Positions 30,416-40,142 of a DNA stretch of 64,000 nucleotides are shown here, piece after piece. Position 1 is the first letter of the stretch, and each line of letters opens with the position of its first letter. The DNA lies in assembly GCA_963666365.2 (NCBI GenBank), contig CAXXNF010000002.1, positions 1,920,001 to 1,984,000 of the forward strand, in the 5' to 3' direction. The notes under the pieces are model-generated. The model saw nothing but the letters and a program-made list of their open reading frames with translations, did no database searches and was not told where the DNA came from. The position numbers were made by a program, and so were the translations under genes. Source of the DNA: Syntrophales bacterium. GTDB lineage: Bacteria; Desulfobacterota; Syntrophia; Syntrophales; UBA2210.

Positions 30416-31486
30416 TCACTTGCAATGAAACTCCTCACGCAACATTGTCTCCGCCTTATGGTACACTTCGTCGATGGAAATCAGATTCATGCACCTGAAA
30501 TCCTTTGGACAGGTTTTTTCGAGGCAGGGACTGCACTCCACGTGTTTGTAAATAACCACGCTTCTTTTTCCTGCAGGCGAGGTCGTGTTCGGATTGGTGG
30601 ATCCGAAGATCGACACAAGGGGAATTCCCAGGGCGCCGGCTACATGCATGAGTCCAGAATCGTTGGAGATAAAAAGACGGCATCGCGACATGAGGGCGAT
30701 TGCCTCGGCGAGAGAAGTTTTTCCGGCAACATTCAGAAGCGGTCGTTCTGCATGTGCTTCGACAATTTCGGCCTGCCTCCTGTCACCGCCGCTTCCGAAA
30801 AGGAGCACCCGGCAGGAAAACTGTTCTATCAGTCGATCGGCCACGGCGGCATACCTTTCAGGGCGCCACATCTTCGCAGGACCGTAGGCGGCGCCCGGCG
30901 CCATTCCCACCAGGAGATCCTCCTCGCTGACGCCCTCTTTCTTCAGCAGGTGCAAACTTTTTTCAAGACTTGTTTCATCCGGCTGTATGGACGGTTCGCC
31001 GGGATCGCAGTCGAAACCGCATGCCTTTACCATCTCGAGATAATATCGTGACTGGTGCACGGTCTTGACCCCTCTCCTTACCTTGACCGGGCGGGTAAGC
31101 AGCATGCCCCGGCCGTCGGTGCGGTACCCTGCCCTGACCGGTATGCCGGCCAGACTGGTAATAATCGCCGCTTCTATGGCATTTTGGAGAAGGAGTGCTG
31201 CATCGAATCCCCTGGATTTCAGATCCATCGCAAGACGCCACTTGCCCATAAGGCCGTCATGAACACCGGGACTTCTGAACAGGATCACCTCGTCGACATC
31301 GGGGCATAGACGATAAAGATCGGCAACCCAGGGTTTTGCCAGCACAGTGATCTTTGTATCGGGGCTGGCCCCTTTGACGGCTGAAATAGCCGGCAGGCTC
31401 ATAATCACGTCTCCGATCCAGTTTGTTCCCCGAACCAGCATGTGACGAGACTCGAGAAGCGCTTTTTTATTTACAGTGGGTCTCAT
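30416..31486 (-). CDS. waaF: Lipopolysaccharide heptosyltransferase II
   Basis: NWIGDVIM, PGAAYGPAKMW, NDSGLMH, FGST; ATGA overlap with the upstream acyltransferase. Confidence 0.88.
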   Translation of the reverse strand: MRPTVNKKALLESRHMLVRGTNWIGDVIMSLPAISAVKGASPDTKITVLAKPWVADLYRLCPDVDEVILFRSPGVHDGLMGKWRLAMDLKSRGFDAALLLQNAIEAAIITSLAGIPVRAGYRTDGRGMLLTRPVKVRRGVKTVHQSRYYLEMVKACGFDCDPGEPSIQPDETSLEKSLHLLKKEGVSEEDLLVGMAPGAAYGPAKMWRPERYAAVADRLIEQFSCRVLLFGSGGDRRQAEIVEAHAERPLLNVAGKTSLAEAIALMSRCRLFISNDSGLMHVAGALGIPLVSIFGSTNPNTTSPAGKRSVVIYKHVECSPCLEKTCPKDFRCMNLISIDEVYHKAETMLREEFHCK

Positions 31487-32373
31487 GGCCGCACCTGCAG
31501 TTCCTTTGTCTTCCAGCGCTGGTGAATCCACAGCCACTGTTCAGGATATTTTCGCACTACATCTTCGATAACTCGGGTAAAGTTCTGCGTATTGATGATT
31601 ACGTCGCGATTTTTGTCGCCCGTTTTAACCACCGGTACAGGATTCTCCACAATTAGACGATATGTACCCGAGGGCGCACGCACCATAAACGCGGGGACAA
31701 CGGGGATGTCGGAACGAAGCGCCACCAGGGCAAGACCGTCGGTTGTGCATGCAGGTTGACCGAAGAAATCGACAAATACGCCTTCCTGCCACGCCATATT
31801 CTGATCGATCAGTATTCCCACGACTTCTCCCTTTCGCAGACGCCTTACAATGGGCAACATGGCACGCTCTTTGGGAAGCACTTCATTTCCCTTGGAAGTT
31901 CTGATCCATGCCAAAAGATTCTCAAGAATGGCACTGTCCAAAGGACGATATATCACGGCGACCGGCCGTGCCAGAATTGCCAGCGTTGCCGCTAAAAGCT
32001 CCCAGTTGCCATGATGCCCCGTAAAGAGGATAAGTGGGCCGTCACCGGGCAACCTGTGAAGGTTCTCATCTATTGTATCTATGTCGACCAACTTTGAAAT
32101 ATTAGCCCTGGTCAATGCCGGAATTTCAAATGTTTCCGCGGCAACCAATCCGAGATGGCGATATACGGCCTTGGATATTTTAATAATTTCTGAGATCCCC
32201 TTTTCCGGAAAGGCACGGGCAAGGTTAGAAATCGTGATGATCCGGTGTTTCAGCGAAAGGTGATAGAAGGCGGCTGAGAAGCATGTGAATAGTCTTCTTC
32301 TTGCCTCGAGAGGAATCGCGGTCACCATCGCCATGATGATCCCTGTTGCAAAGGTCTTATTTACTGGTTCCAT
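31483..32373 (-). CDS. Lipid A late acyltransferase (LpxL/HtrB family)
   Basis: HHGNWE, LIDQ, VDFFG, PEQWLWIHQRWK. Confidence 0.88.
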   Translation of the reverse strand: MEPVNKTFATGIIMAMVTAIPLEARRRLFTCFSAAFYHLSLKHRIITISNLARAFPEKGISEIIKISKAVYRHLGLVAAETFEIPALTRANISKLVDIDTIDENLHRLPGDGPLILFTGHHGNWELLAATLAILARPVAVIYRPLDSAILENLLAWIRTSKGNEVLPKERAMLPIVRRLRKGEVVGILIDQNMAWQEGVFVDFFGQPACTTDGLALVALRSDIPVVPAFMVRAPSGTYRLIVENPVPVVKTGDKNRDVIINTQNFTRVIEDVVRKYPEQWLWIHQRWKTKELQVRP

Positions 32374-33452
32374 TTATATGATACTGTCTCTATAAATTCG
32401 TCGAGAGCGTCCCCCATATCCATTTCAATCCTGAGCAGACAAATCTGCGCATAAAATCGGGAAAACCGCTTCAATCGCACCCCATCTTTTTCTGTGGTGA
32501 CAATCAGTTCTACCGATGCGGCTTGGGCGGTTTCAAGAATTGTCCTCACATCATCCTCACCATACCGATAATGATCGGGAAATGAAAGAAAACGGACGGC
32601 ACTGCCGCAGATTATTTCAATAGTGCTTCGAAATCGCTCCGGATAGGCGATCCCGGCAAAGGCCAGAATTCGCTTTCCCTGCAGGGAGGAAAGGGAATGA
32701 ATCGTCCCCTTTTCCCCTTCGAGAATATTCAGCGGCCTTCGTGCTCCCCTGAAAATAGGTATTGCCGGACAATGCGCTGCTATTGTCGCATTGCCCCCTG
32801 CTGGAGACCGGCCGGCGCCTCCCCCATCGGTCATCACGATAATATCGGCCCTTTTCAGCGACCGGAGCGGTTCTCGCAATTCTCCCCTGGGGAGCATCAA
32901 CCCATTGCCGAAGGGCGCCTCCTCATTCACCAACAGGATATCGACATCACGGTGGAGAGATCGGTGTTGAAAGGCATCGTCCAGAATAAGAAGATCGGCG
33001 CCGAATCGACCAATGGCGAGTCTTCCTGCGCGGAATCGACTCTTCCCCGTGATGACCGGCACCCCCTCGAGGGACTCCGCTATCAGCACCGGCTCGTCAC
33101 CGGCCGCTTCCGGACCTGCAAAAATGCGTTCTCCGTCTGAAACTACGGTAGTGCCCTTGCTGTTTCGTCCCCCATACCCCCTGCTGAGAACGGCAGGCCT
33201 ATATCCTTTCTCAGACAATCCTTTGGCCAGGGTGATCACCATTGGTGTTTTTCCCGTACCTCCGGCGGTGATATTTCCCACACTGATCACGGGACAGGGA
33301 AGACGTTCAATTTTTGATATGCCGCTATCGTACCCGGAGTTTCTCAGCCTGACTGCTCCCTCATAAAAAAAGGATGCCATGGTCGCCAGGCCGTACCACC
33401 CCCTCTTCCGGGCACTGATTCCCTTCATTGCGCGATCTCTGAGCGGCGCCAT
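32361..33452 (-). CDS. lpxK: Tetraacyldisaccharide 4'-kinase
   Basis: VGNITAGGTGKTP, LSRGYG, GDEP, LDDAFQH, TTEKD; start uncertain. Confidence 0.93.
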   Translation of the reverse strand: MAPLRDRAMKGISARKRGWYGLATMASFFYEGAVRLRNSGYDSGISKIERLPCPVISVGNITAGGTGKTPMVITLAKGLSEKGYRPAVLSRGYGGRNSKGTTVVSDGERIFAGPEAAGDEPVLIAESLEGVPVITGKSRFRAGRLAIGRFGADLLILDDAFQHRSLHRDVDILLVNEEAPFGNGLMLPRGELREPLRSLKRADIIVMTDGGGAGRSPAGGNATIAAHCPAIPIFRGARRPLNILEGEKGTIHSLSSLQGKRILAFAGIAYPERFRSTIEIICGSAVRFLSFPDHYRYGEDDVRTILETAQAASVELIVTTEKDGVRLKRFSRFYAQICLLRIEMDMGDALDEFIETVSYKWNQ

Positions 33453-33503
33453 TACCTACCGGACCCGTGACCGCGGATTTTCAATGGACACACTGCCTTT
33501 GCA

Positions 33504-35252
33504 CTAGTGGTATTCATGGCCGCCCTTCCCATTGGCTTCGAACTGCATGACATAGAGTCTGAAATACTCGCCCCTTATTTTCATGAGGCTCTCGTGATCG
33601 CCTTCTTCTATAATCTTTCCATTGACAAGCACCACAATACGATCGGCATGACGGATGGTGGAAAGACGATGTGCGATTACCAGCGTTGTCCTTCCCTTCA
33701 TGAGAGTCTCGAGTGCCTCCTGAACTTCCATCTCCGCCTCGGTATCGAGCGAAGACGTTGCCTCGTCCAGGATAAGAATAGGGGCATCCTTCAGAATCGA
33801 TCGTGCGATGGATATCCGCTGACGCTCACCTCCCGAGAGCCGCACTCCCTGCTCGCCTATGACAGTATCGTACCCTTGGGGGAGCTTCATAATGAACCCG
33901 TGTGCATTGGCGGCCTTGGCGGCCTTGATGATATCTCCTTCGTTTGTGTGTATATCGCCATAGGCGATATTATTTCTTACGGTATCGTTAAAGAGAATCA
34001 CCTGCTGGGTCACAATCCCGATCTGATCCCGAAGCGACTTGACCGTCACCTCGCGAATGTCAACGCCGTCAATAAGAATCGCCCCTTCACTCACTTCATA
34101 AAATCGGGGGATCAGATTTACCAGCGTTGATTTACCGCCGCCGCTCATCCCCACAAAGGCCACGATTTCTCCCACCTTTATCCCAAGATTGATGCCGTGC
34201 AGCACCGGCTCATTGCCGTCATAACTGAAGGTCACGTTTTTTATTTCTATCTCTCTGGATATGCCGGGCAATTTCACTGCCCCGTTTGCATCCCTGATTT
34301 CGGGAACATTGTCCATTATTTCGAACACTCTCAGGGCGCCTGCGATTCCCTGCTGGACGGTAATATTGACGTTTGCCAGCCTTTTGACCGGTTCATAGAG
34401 AAAAAGAAGGGCCGTGATAAATGAAAAAAATGTTCCCGGCGTCGAGGTCCCCTGGATCACCTGATACCCGCCATAGAATACGATGACGGCCACGCCCGTA
34501 TATCCCAGAAGTTCCATGAACGGACTCGATATGGCCCGTATCGACACGGATTTCATGAAAAGTTTGTAAAGTTTCTCATTCTCCTTCGCAAACCGTTTCC
34601 CCTCGTAGGCTTCCATGCCGAAGGCCTTGACAATTCTGGTGCCGGCAATGGCCTCCTGCAACAGATTCGTAAGCCCGCCCAGTGTCACCTGCGTGCTCGA
34701 AGCCACCTTTCTCATCTTTTGCCCGAACTTCACAATGGGAAGCACCGTAAGGGGGAATACCACCATGGCGATGATGGCTAATTTCCAGTCACGATAAAAA
34801 ACAACGAAGATAAGACCGACAAGCGTCACGCTGTCTTTGAGAATGCTGGTGACCGCCTCGGATACCGCTGTTTGAACGAGACTCACATCGCTGGTGATGC
34901 GCGACATAAGGGTCCCCGTGGGATTTTTATAGAAAAACGCAAGGGACTGTCTCTGTATGTGGTTGTAAAGCTCATTCCTAAGATCGGTCACGATCCGAAG
35001 TCCGATGAAATTCATCAGAACGGTCTGTCCGTAGGTGCATATCCCGCGGATCAGGGCCACCGAAATGATCGCCGCGAAGACCCAAAAAAGCATATCGGCA
35101 TTCTTGTCAACAAAGACATCATCAAGCACGGGTTTGACAAGCAGGGCTAGGATGGATTGCGTTGCCCCGACGGCCAGCATGCACACAATGGCGAGGATGA
35201 ACTTCGAGATATAGGGTTTCACCATTCTAAGCAGGCGCATATATATGTTCAT
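33504..35252 (-). CDS. msbA: Lipid A export ABC transporter MsbA
   Basis: Fused TMD-NBD with GMSGGGKST, LSGGERQR, LDEATS; lpxB-lpxK context. Confidence 0.9.
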   Translation of the reverse strand: MNIYMRLLRMVKPYISKFILAIVCMLAVGATQSILALLVKPVLDDVFVDKNADMLFWVFAAIISVALIRGICTYGQTVLMNFIGLRIVTDLRNELYNHIQRQSLAFFYKNPTGTLMSRITSDVSLVQTAVSEAVTSILKDSVTLVGLIFVVFYRDWKLAIIAMVVFPLTVLPIVKFGQKMRKVASSTQVTLGGLTNLLQEAIAGTRIVKAFGMEAYEGKRFAKENEKLYKLFMKSVSIRAISSPFMELLGYTGVAVIVFYGGYQVIQGTSTPGTFFSFITALLFLYEPVKRLANVNITVQQGIAGALRVFEIMDNVPEIRDANGAVKLPGISREIEIKNVTFSYDGNEPVLHGINLGIKVGEIVAFVGMSGGGKSTLVNLIPRFYEVSEGAILIDGVDIREVTVKSLRDQIGIVTQQVILFNDTVRNNIAYGDIHTNEGDIIKAAKAANAHGFIMKLPQGYDTVIGEQGVRLSGGERQRISIARSILKDAPILILDEATSSLDTEAEMEVQEALETLMKGRTTLVIAHRLSTIRHADRIVVLVNGKIIEEGDHESLMKIRGEYFRLYVMQFEANGKGGHEYH

Positions 35253-35265
35253 GAACGCGTTCTCC

Positions 35266-36456
35266 CTAATGCCTCGCTGCCAACCCATGGGATTCTCTTA
35301 TCAGTGCACAGGCGAGTGCGGCGGCCCTTGCCGCAGCGCCGGCAGATCCCAGTTTTTTCCTCACATCCCTCAACCCGGATGTGATGGCCTTCCTTCGTTC
35401 GGCATCAGTCATAATCTTTACAATCTCGCGGGCCATTTTTGCCGGCTCAGCATCTCCCTGTATGAACTCCGGAACGACTTCCTTCCCGGCAATGAGGTTA
35501 ACCAGTCCTATGTGATCGACATTAATCACTGTTCTACCCAGCAGGTATGAAAAGAGAGACACCTTATATACGATAATCATCGGGATTTCAAGGAGTGCCG
35601 CCTCCAGAGTGGCCGTTCCCGATGCAACCATGGCGGCATCCGAAATTCCCACGGCATCATATGTGTCATGCTGCACCACCGTGATGTCAAACGAAAAGGT
35701 CGCCATTATTGACCGAACCAGGTCAGGAGAAATCCCATCAGCCAGAGGGAGAACGAACTGGGAATCGGGTATCTTCTCCGCAATAATACGGGCGGCGCAA
35801 AGCATTGAGGGAAGAAGATTCTCCACCTCCTTTTCTCTGCTGCCGGGAAGCAGCGCCACCGTGGCCTTCTGGGGGTGTAATCCAAAACGCTCGAGCGCCT
35901 CCTCTCTGGGGTACTTTCTCCGTACCGCATCGAGAAGGGGATGCCCCACAAAGTGCACATCCAGGCCTGTCGGCTCGTAGCAGGCGGCTTCGAAGGGGAG
36001 AATAACCGCCAGACGATCCACATATTTTTCAAGAAAGTAGATTCTTTTCCTTCTCCATGCCCACACTTGAGGACTGATATAATAGAACACAGGTATGCCG
36101 GCATTTTTGGCGAATTTTGCAAGGGGCATGTTAAAATCGGGATAATCGATCAGGATCACCAGATCGGGGGGCGCCTCTTTGAGCATTCTCTTTATCTTGC
36201 GACGCACACTAAGAATAAACCCCAGTTTTGCAAAAACCTCAGTAAGCCCCACAACGGCCATCTGGGATGAATGGGCAACAAGACGGACACCGGCTTTTCG
36301 CATCAGATCGCCGCCGATTCCGAAAAACCTGATCCCTGAGTCAAGAGCGCGCATCTCGAGGACAAGATTCGATCCGTGGAGATCACCCGATTGTTCTCCC
36401 GCGACAATCAAGATGTTTTTACTATGGGAAGAAGTTCCCTCCCTTTCAGGATGCAT
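35266..36456 (-). CDS. lpxB: Lipid-A-disaccharide synthase
   Basis: AGEQSGD, IDYPDFN, YISPQVWAWR, VGHP, LPGSR, SGTATLE. Confidence 0.95.
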   Translation of the reverse strand: MHPEREGTSSHSKNILIVAGEQSGDLHGSNLVLEMRALDSGIRFFGIGGDLMRKAGVRLVAHSSQMAVVGLTEVFAKLGFILSVRRKIKRMLKEAPPDLVILIDYPDFNMPLAKFAKNAGIPVFYYISPQVWAWRRKRIYFLEKYVDRLAVILPFEAACYEPTGLDVHFVGHPLLDAVRRKYPREEALERFGLHPQKATVALLPGSREKEVENLLPSMLCAARIIAEKIPDSQFVLPLADGISPDLVRSIMATFSFDITVVQHDTYDAVGISDAAMVASGTATLEAALLEIPMIIVYKVSLFSYLLGRTVINVDHIGLVNLIAGKEVVPEFIQGDAEPAKMAREIVKIMTDAERRKAITSGLRDVRKKLGSAGAAARAAALACALIRESHGLAARH

Positions 36457-36541
36457 AGGGAATCACATACCACACAGAGAGCGCTGTCTCGTGAGATCAA
36501 AAGAGACCTCCGTCGCTGTGCGTATCTTTGATCGCGCCCTC

Positions 36542-37510
36542 TTATTCAGGCGCTTGCTGAAATGTACCAATGATCTTCCTTTCCTCTTCGATCCTGTGAA
36601 TAATACGAAGCGCCAGATCAAGCGACTTTCTCGCTTCTCTACCTGAAACAAGCGGCTCCTTCCTGATAATCACCGATTCGATGAAGTCCCGTAATTCGGC
36701 TTCCAATGGATCGACCTGCCGCACTTCCACATCGTTGCACCCTATCTCTTTTCTCCCATCACTGCGAGTATTCATTCCCAGCGATACCAACTCTCTGGCG
36801 GCACAATCGACGGAGTGATATCCATCAAGCCCGAAAAAACGTATTTTTTGCATTTTTTTTGCCGATATGCGGCTTGCCGTAATATTTGCCACGCACCCGT
36901 TCTCGAAGGCCGCCCTGACATTTGCAATATCAACCTTGTCTGAGAGGACCGACACCCCCACAGCATCAATTCTCTTAATCGGGGATTTAACGAAATGGAG
37001 AATGATATCAATGTCATGTATCATCAAATCGAGGATGACATCCACATCAGTCCCTCTGTTGAAGAATGAGTGAAGTCTGTGTGATTCTACAAAGAGGGGT
37101 TGCAGAGACAGCGCGGTGAGCGCTGCAATGGCGGGGTTGAATCGCTCCACAAACCCCACCTGCAGAATGCATTCATGTCTATCGGCACGGGCAATGAGAT
37201 CATCGGCCTCTTCCAGGGTGGAGGTAAGCGGCTTTTCCACCAGCACATCGATGCCCGCATCAAGAAAATCCCGGGCAATTTCGTAGTGGCTCAGTGTGGG
37301 GGTCGCAATACTCACCGCATCTACCCGGCCGAAAAGCTCCCGGTGATCGGTAAATCCCTCACACCCGTGTTTTTGGGCTGCTTCCCGCACCTTTGCAGGG
37401 TCTGTATCGACGACTCCTTCAATGGTACAGGCTTCTATTTTTTCATATTTCTGCAGATGATAGGTCCCCAGATGTCCGATGCCTACCACGCCGATGCGCA
37501 CATTCTTCAT
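36542..37510 (-). CDS. Gfo/Idh/MocA oxidoreductase, probable UDP-GlcNAc 3-dehydrogenase (GnnA-like)
   Basis: GIGHLG, VEKP, VGFVERFNPA, DLMIHDID, ANITASRIS; lies between lpxA and lpxB. Confidence 0.75.
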   Translation of the reverse strand: MKNVRIGVVGIGHLGTYHLQKYEKIEACTIEGVVDTDPAKVREAAQKHGCEGFTDHRELFGRVDAVSIATPTLSHYEIARDFLDAGIDVLVEKPLTSTLEEADDLIARADRHECILQVGFVERFNPAIAALTALSLQPLFVESHRLHSFFNRGTDVDVILDLMIHDIDIILHFVKSPIKRIDAVGVSVLSDKVDIANVRAAFENGCVANITASRISAKKMQKIRFFGLDGYHSVDCAARELVSLGMNTRSDGRKEIGCNDVEVRQVDPLEAELRDFIESVIIRKEPLVSGREARKSLDLALRIIHRIEEERKIIGTFQQAPE

Positions 37511-37552
37511 CGCATACTCTCAGTGAAGCACTCCCTTTTGCCTGTTGGCCTG

Positions 37553-38326
37553 TTATCGAATAATGCCTCTTTCCGAATTTTCTATGAATGTCAAGAAATG
37601 AACGACTTCTTCGCTGTCCGCCAGTTCCTGCTTTGCTTTCGCAATCGCCTGGGAAAGCAACAGAGAGGAGCGGTATACAATGCGGTAGGCCTCTTTAAGG
37701 GCCTTGAGCGATTCCGCCGAAAATCCCCTTCTCTCGAGACCTATCATGTTCAGCCCATAGATTTTGGCACGGTTTCCCGAGACCACGACGTAAGGAGGCA
37801 CATCGCGCGTCACCGCCGAAGCGCCGCCGATCATCGCATGGCATCCAATGCGGCAAAACTGATGCACACCCGACAAACCCCCTATAGTCACAAAATCCTC
37901 CACATGAATATGGCCGGCAAGATTTGCGGCATTCGCCATTACGATATTATTCCCCAATTTGCAGTTGTGGGCAACATGGCAATAGGCCATAAGAAGATTG
38001 TTGTCACCGATGCAGGTCATGCCGATATCGGCAGCGGTCGCCCTGTGTATGGTGACAAACTCACGTATTATATTGTTATTTCCAATAATTACTTTACACT
38101 TTTCTCCCTTGAATTTGAGATCCTGCGGCGCCGCCCCGATTGACGCAAACTGAAAGATCCGACAATTACGCCCAATCTCGGTGGGACCTTCTATGACCAC
38201 ATGGGGACCGACTGCCGACCCCTCGCCAATTGTCACTTCAGGCCCCACAACACTGTAAGGACCTATTTCAACGTCTGAAGCTATCTCTGCCTCCGGCGAT
38301 ACAATCGCCGATGGATGTATACTCAT
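37553..38326 (-). CDS. lpxA: Acyl-ACP--UDP-N-acetylglucosamine O-acyltransferase
   Basis: Hexapeptide repeats, [28 protein letters not shown]. Confidence 0.95.
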   Translation of the reverse strand: MSIHPSAIVSPEAEIASDVEIGPYSVVGPEVTIGEGSAVGPHVVIEGPTEIGRNCRIFQFASIGAAPQDLKFKGEKCKVIIGNNNIIREFVTIHRATAADIGMTCIGDNNLLMAYCHVAHNCKLGNNIVMANAANLAGHIHVEDFVTIGGLSGVHQFCRIGCHAMIGGASAVTRDVPPYVVVSGNRAKIYGLNMIGLERRGFSAESLKALKEAYRIVYRSSLLLSQAIAKAKQELADSEEVVHFLTFIENSERGIIR

Positions 38327-38333
38327 GGATACG

Positions 38334-39386
38334 TTACCTCTCGTTCATTTCGTCAACAGTTTTTTCAATCGCGTTGATCCGCTGCAACAATGAAAGCATA
38401 TTTTTTCTCATTTCGGGAAGTTTCGGAAGGGTTGCCTGCATTCGAAGCCAATCACGATGAGGCATCTGCCCATACCCCGACACAACGGCGCCGGGAGCAA
38501 CATCCTTATGGATTCCTGATTTTGCGGCAATCATGGCATAATCGCCCACGGCGATGTGGCCGACCAACCCGGCCTGCCCCCCTATAAGGACGCCTTTTCC
38601 TATCTTGGCACTGCCCGATATGCCTACCTGTGCGACAACAATTGAATTTTCACCTATTACCACATTGTGGCCGACCTGCACCAAGTTATCGATCTTCACA
38701 CCCCGCTTGATCCAGGTCTTTCCCAGTGTTCCTCTGTCAATGGTTGTGTTCGCGCCTATTTCACAATCGTCGTCAATCTGCACAATTCCCACCTGAGGAA
38801 CCTTGACGTTGCCTTCACCGGGGCTTGCAAACCCGAATCCGTCGCTCCCCACCACTACGCCGGCATGAAGAATCACCCGTTTTCCTATCAGGCATCTCCG
38901 GTAAACGGACACATGTGAATAGAGGATGGACTCCTCACCTATTACGGCGCCCGTTCCCACAGATACGCCGGGGTAAAGCACCGCACCTTTTTCGATACGG
39001 GCCTTATGCCCCACGTAGGCTCCGGGATAAATGGTTACCGATTCGGCAACATATGCATCATCCGCCACATAGGCGTTGTCGCTCACTCCGCTAAAATCGA
39101 CCTCATCCGGATACATGAATGATAAGATCCGGGCAAGGGACACATAGGGATCATCGACAATGACAAAATTCTTCCCTGCGGCCGATACGCCTGGAGATAC
39201 CAGTATCGCCGAGGCCCTCGTCGTTTCGATTCTGCTGCGATATTTCGGATTTGCCACGAATGTGAGATCGCCTTCACCGGCCTCATCAATTCCACAGACG
39301 TGACAGACCTTCACCTCGGGGTCCCCTTCGATCCTTCCCCCAAGATGGGCGGCAATCTCTTTGAGCGTCAGTTCCACAATGTGCAT
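38334..39386 (-). CDS. lpxD: UDP-3-O-(3-hydroxyacyl)glucosamine N-acyltransferase
   Basis: [29 protein letters not shown]. Confidence 0.95.
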   Translation of the reverse strand: MHIVELTLKEIAAHLGGRIEGDPEVKVCHVCGIDEAGEGDLTFVANPKYRSRIETTRASAILVSPGVSAAGKNFVIVDDPYVSLARILSFMYPDEVDFSGVSDNAYVADDAYVAESVTIYPGAYVGHKARIEKGAVLYPGVSVGTGAVIGEESILYSHVSVYRRCLIGKRVILHAGVVVGSDGFGFASPGEGNVKVPQVGIVQIDDDCEIGANTTIDRGTLGKTWIKRGVKIDNLVQVGHNVVIGENSIVVAQVGISGSAKIGKGVLIGGQAGLVGHIAVGDYAMIAAKSGIHKDVAPGAVVSGYGQMPHRDWLRMQATLPKLPEMRKNMLSLLQRINAIEKTVDEMNER

Positions 39387-39567
39387 TCACCCTCTTGTGT
39401 TCACAAACCCTTGAAATTCTTTCCTGCGGTACCCATGTCCAGGATCTCTTCCCCGGCATTTCAAATGCACAGACTCCAGCACAGGCCCTTTTCGAGAACC
39501 GATGAACCGGCATGCGAAAGTGACCGGCAACGGAATCAACCACAGCCCTGACCGGCACCAACAGCAG

Positions 39568-40095
39568 TTACTTCTTTGATGAACGGTATGATTTATTAAA
39601 CTGATCGATAACACGGTCCGTAATATCATTCTGAGCGGAATTGTAGAAAAGACCGCTGGTGCCGACATCGAAAATTGCGGAATAGCCCTCTTTCTTACCG
39701 ATGTCATTAAGAACCTTCTGTATATCCGGAATAAGCCCCTGTGTTACCTGCTGATCCCGCAACTTCATTTCATCATTGGCATCCTCTATAAACCTCTTAT
39801 AATCCCTGAATTTCTTCTGATAGCTCAATTCTTTTTCTCTGTAGGCGGCTTCCGTCAAGACGGAGCGTTGTTTTTCAAGGTGGCCCTTCATTTTTTCCAA
39901 TTCTGTTTCTTTTTCCTTAATCTGAGCTTTTTTTGAATCCACATATTGTTTCAGGTTCTGCGCCGCCTCTTTTCCCGCCTCGGATTCAAAAAGAATCTTC
40001 TTTATATTCACGAAAACAATTTTCTCTGCCGCAAAGGCGGTTGTTCCACCCACAAGAAACGACACCACAACCAACATGCACAGGACTTTTCTCAT
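39568..40095 (-). CDS. skp: OmpH/Skp periplasmic chaperone
   Basis: Signal peptide, helical body, DITDRVI C-terminus; lies between bamA and lpxD. Confidence 0.88.
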   Translation of the reverse strand: MRKVLCMLVVVSFLVGGTTAFAAEKIVFVNIKKILFESEAGKEAAQNLKQYVDSKKAQIKEKETELEKMKGHLEKQRSVLTEAAYREKELSYQKKFRDYKRFIEDANDEMKLRDQQVTQGLIPDIQKVLNDIGKKEGYSAIFDVGTSGLFYNSAQNDITDRVIDQFNKSYRSSKK

Positions 40096-40142
40096 TCACT
40101 TATTCCTCTCATTATAAAATATTTTTAAAAAACGCTTCGCTA

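Noticed and set aside
37100..38143. 347-aa plus-strand ORF
   Set aside because: Antisense shadow of lpxA and the gnnA-like gene; no recognisable motifs.
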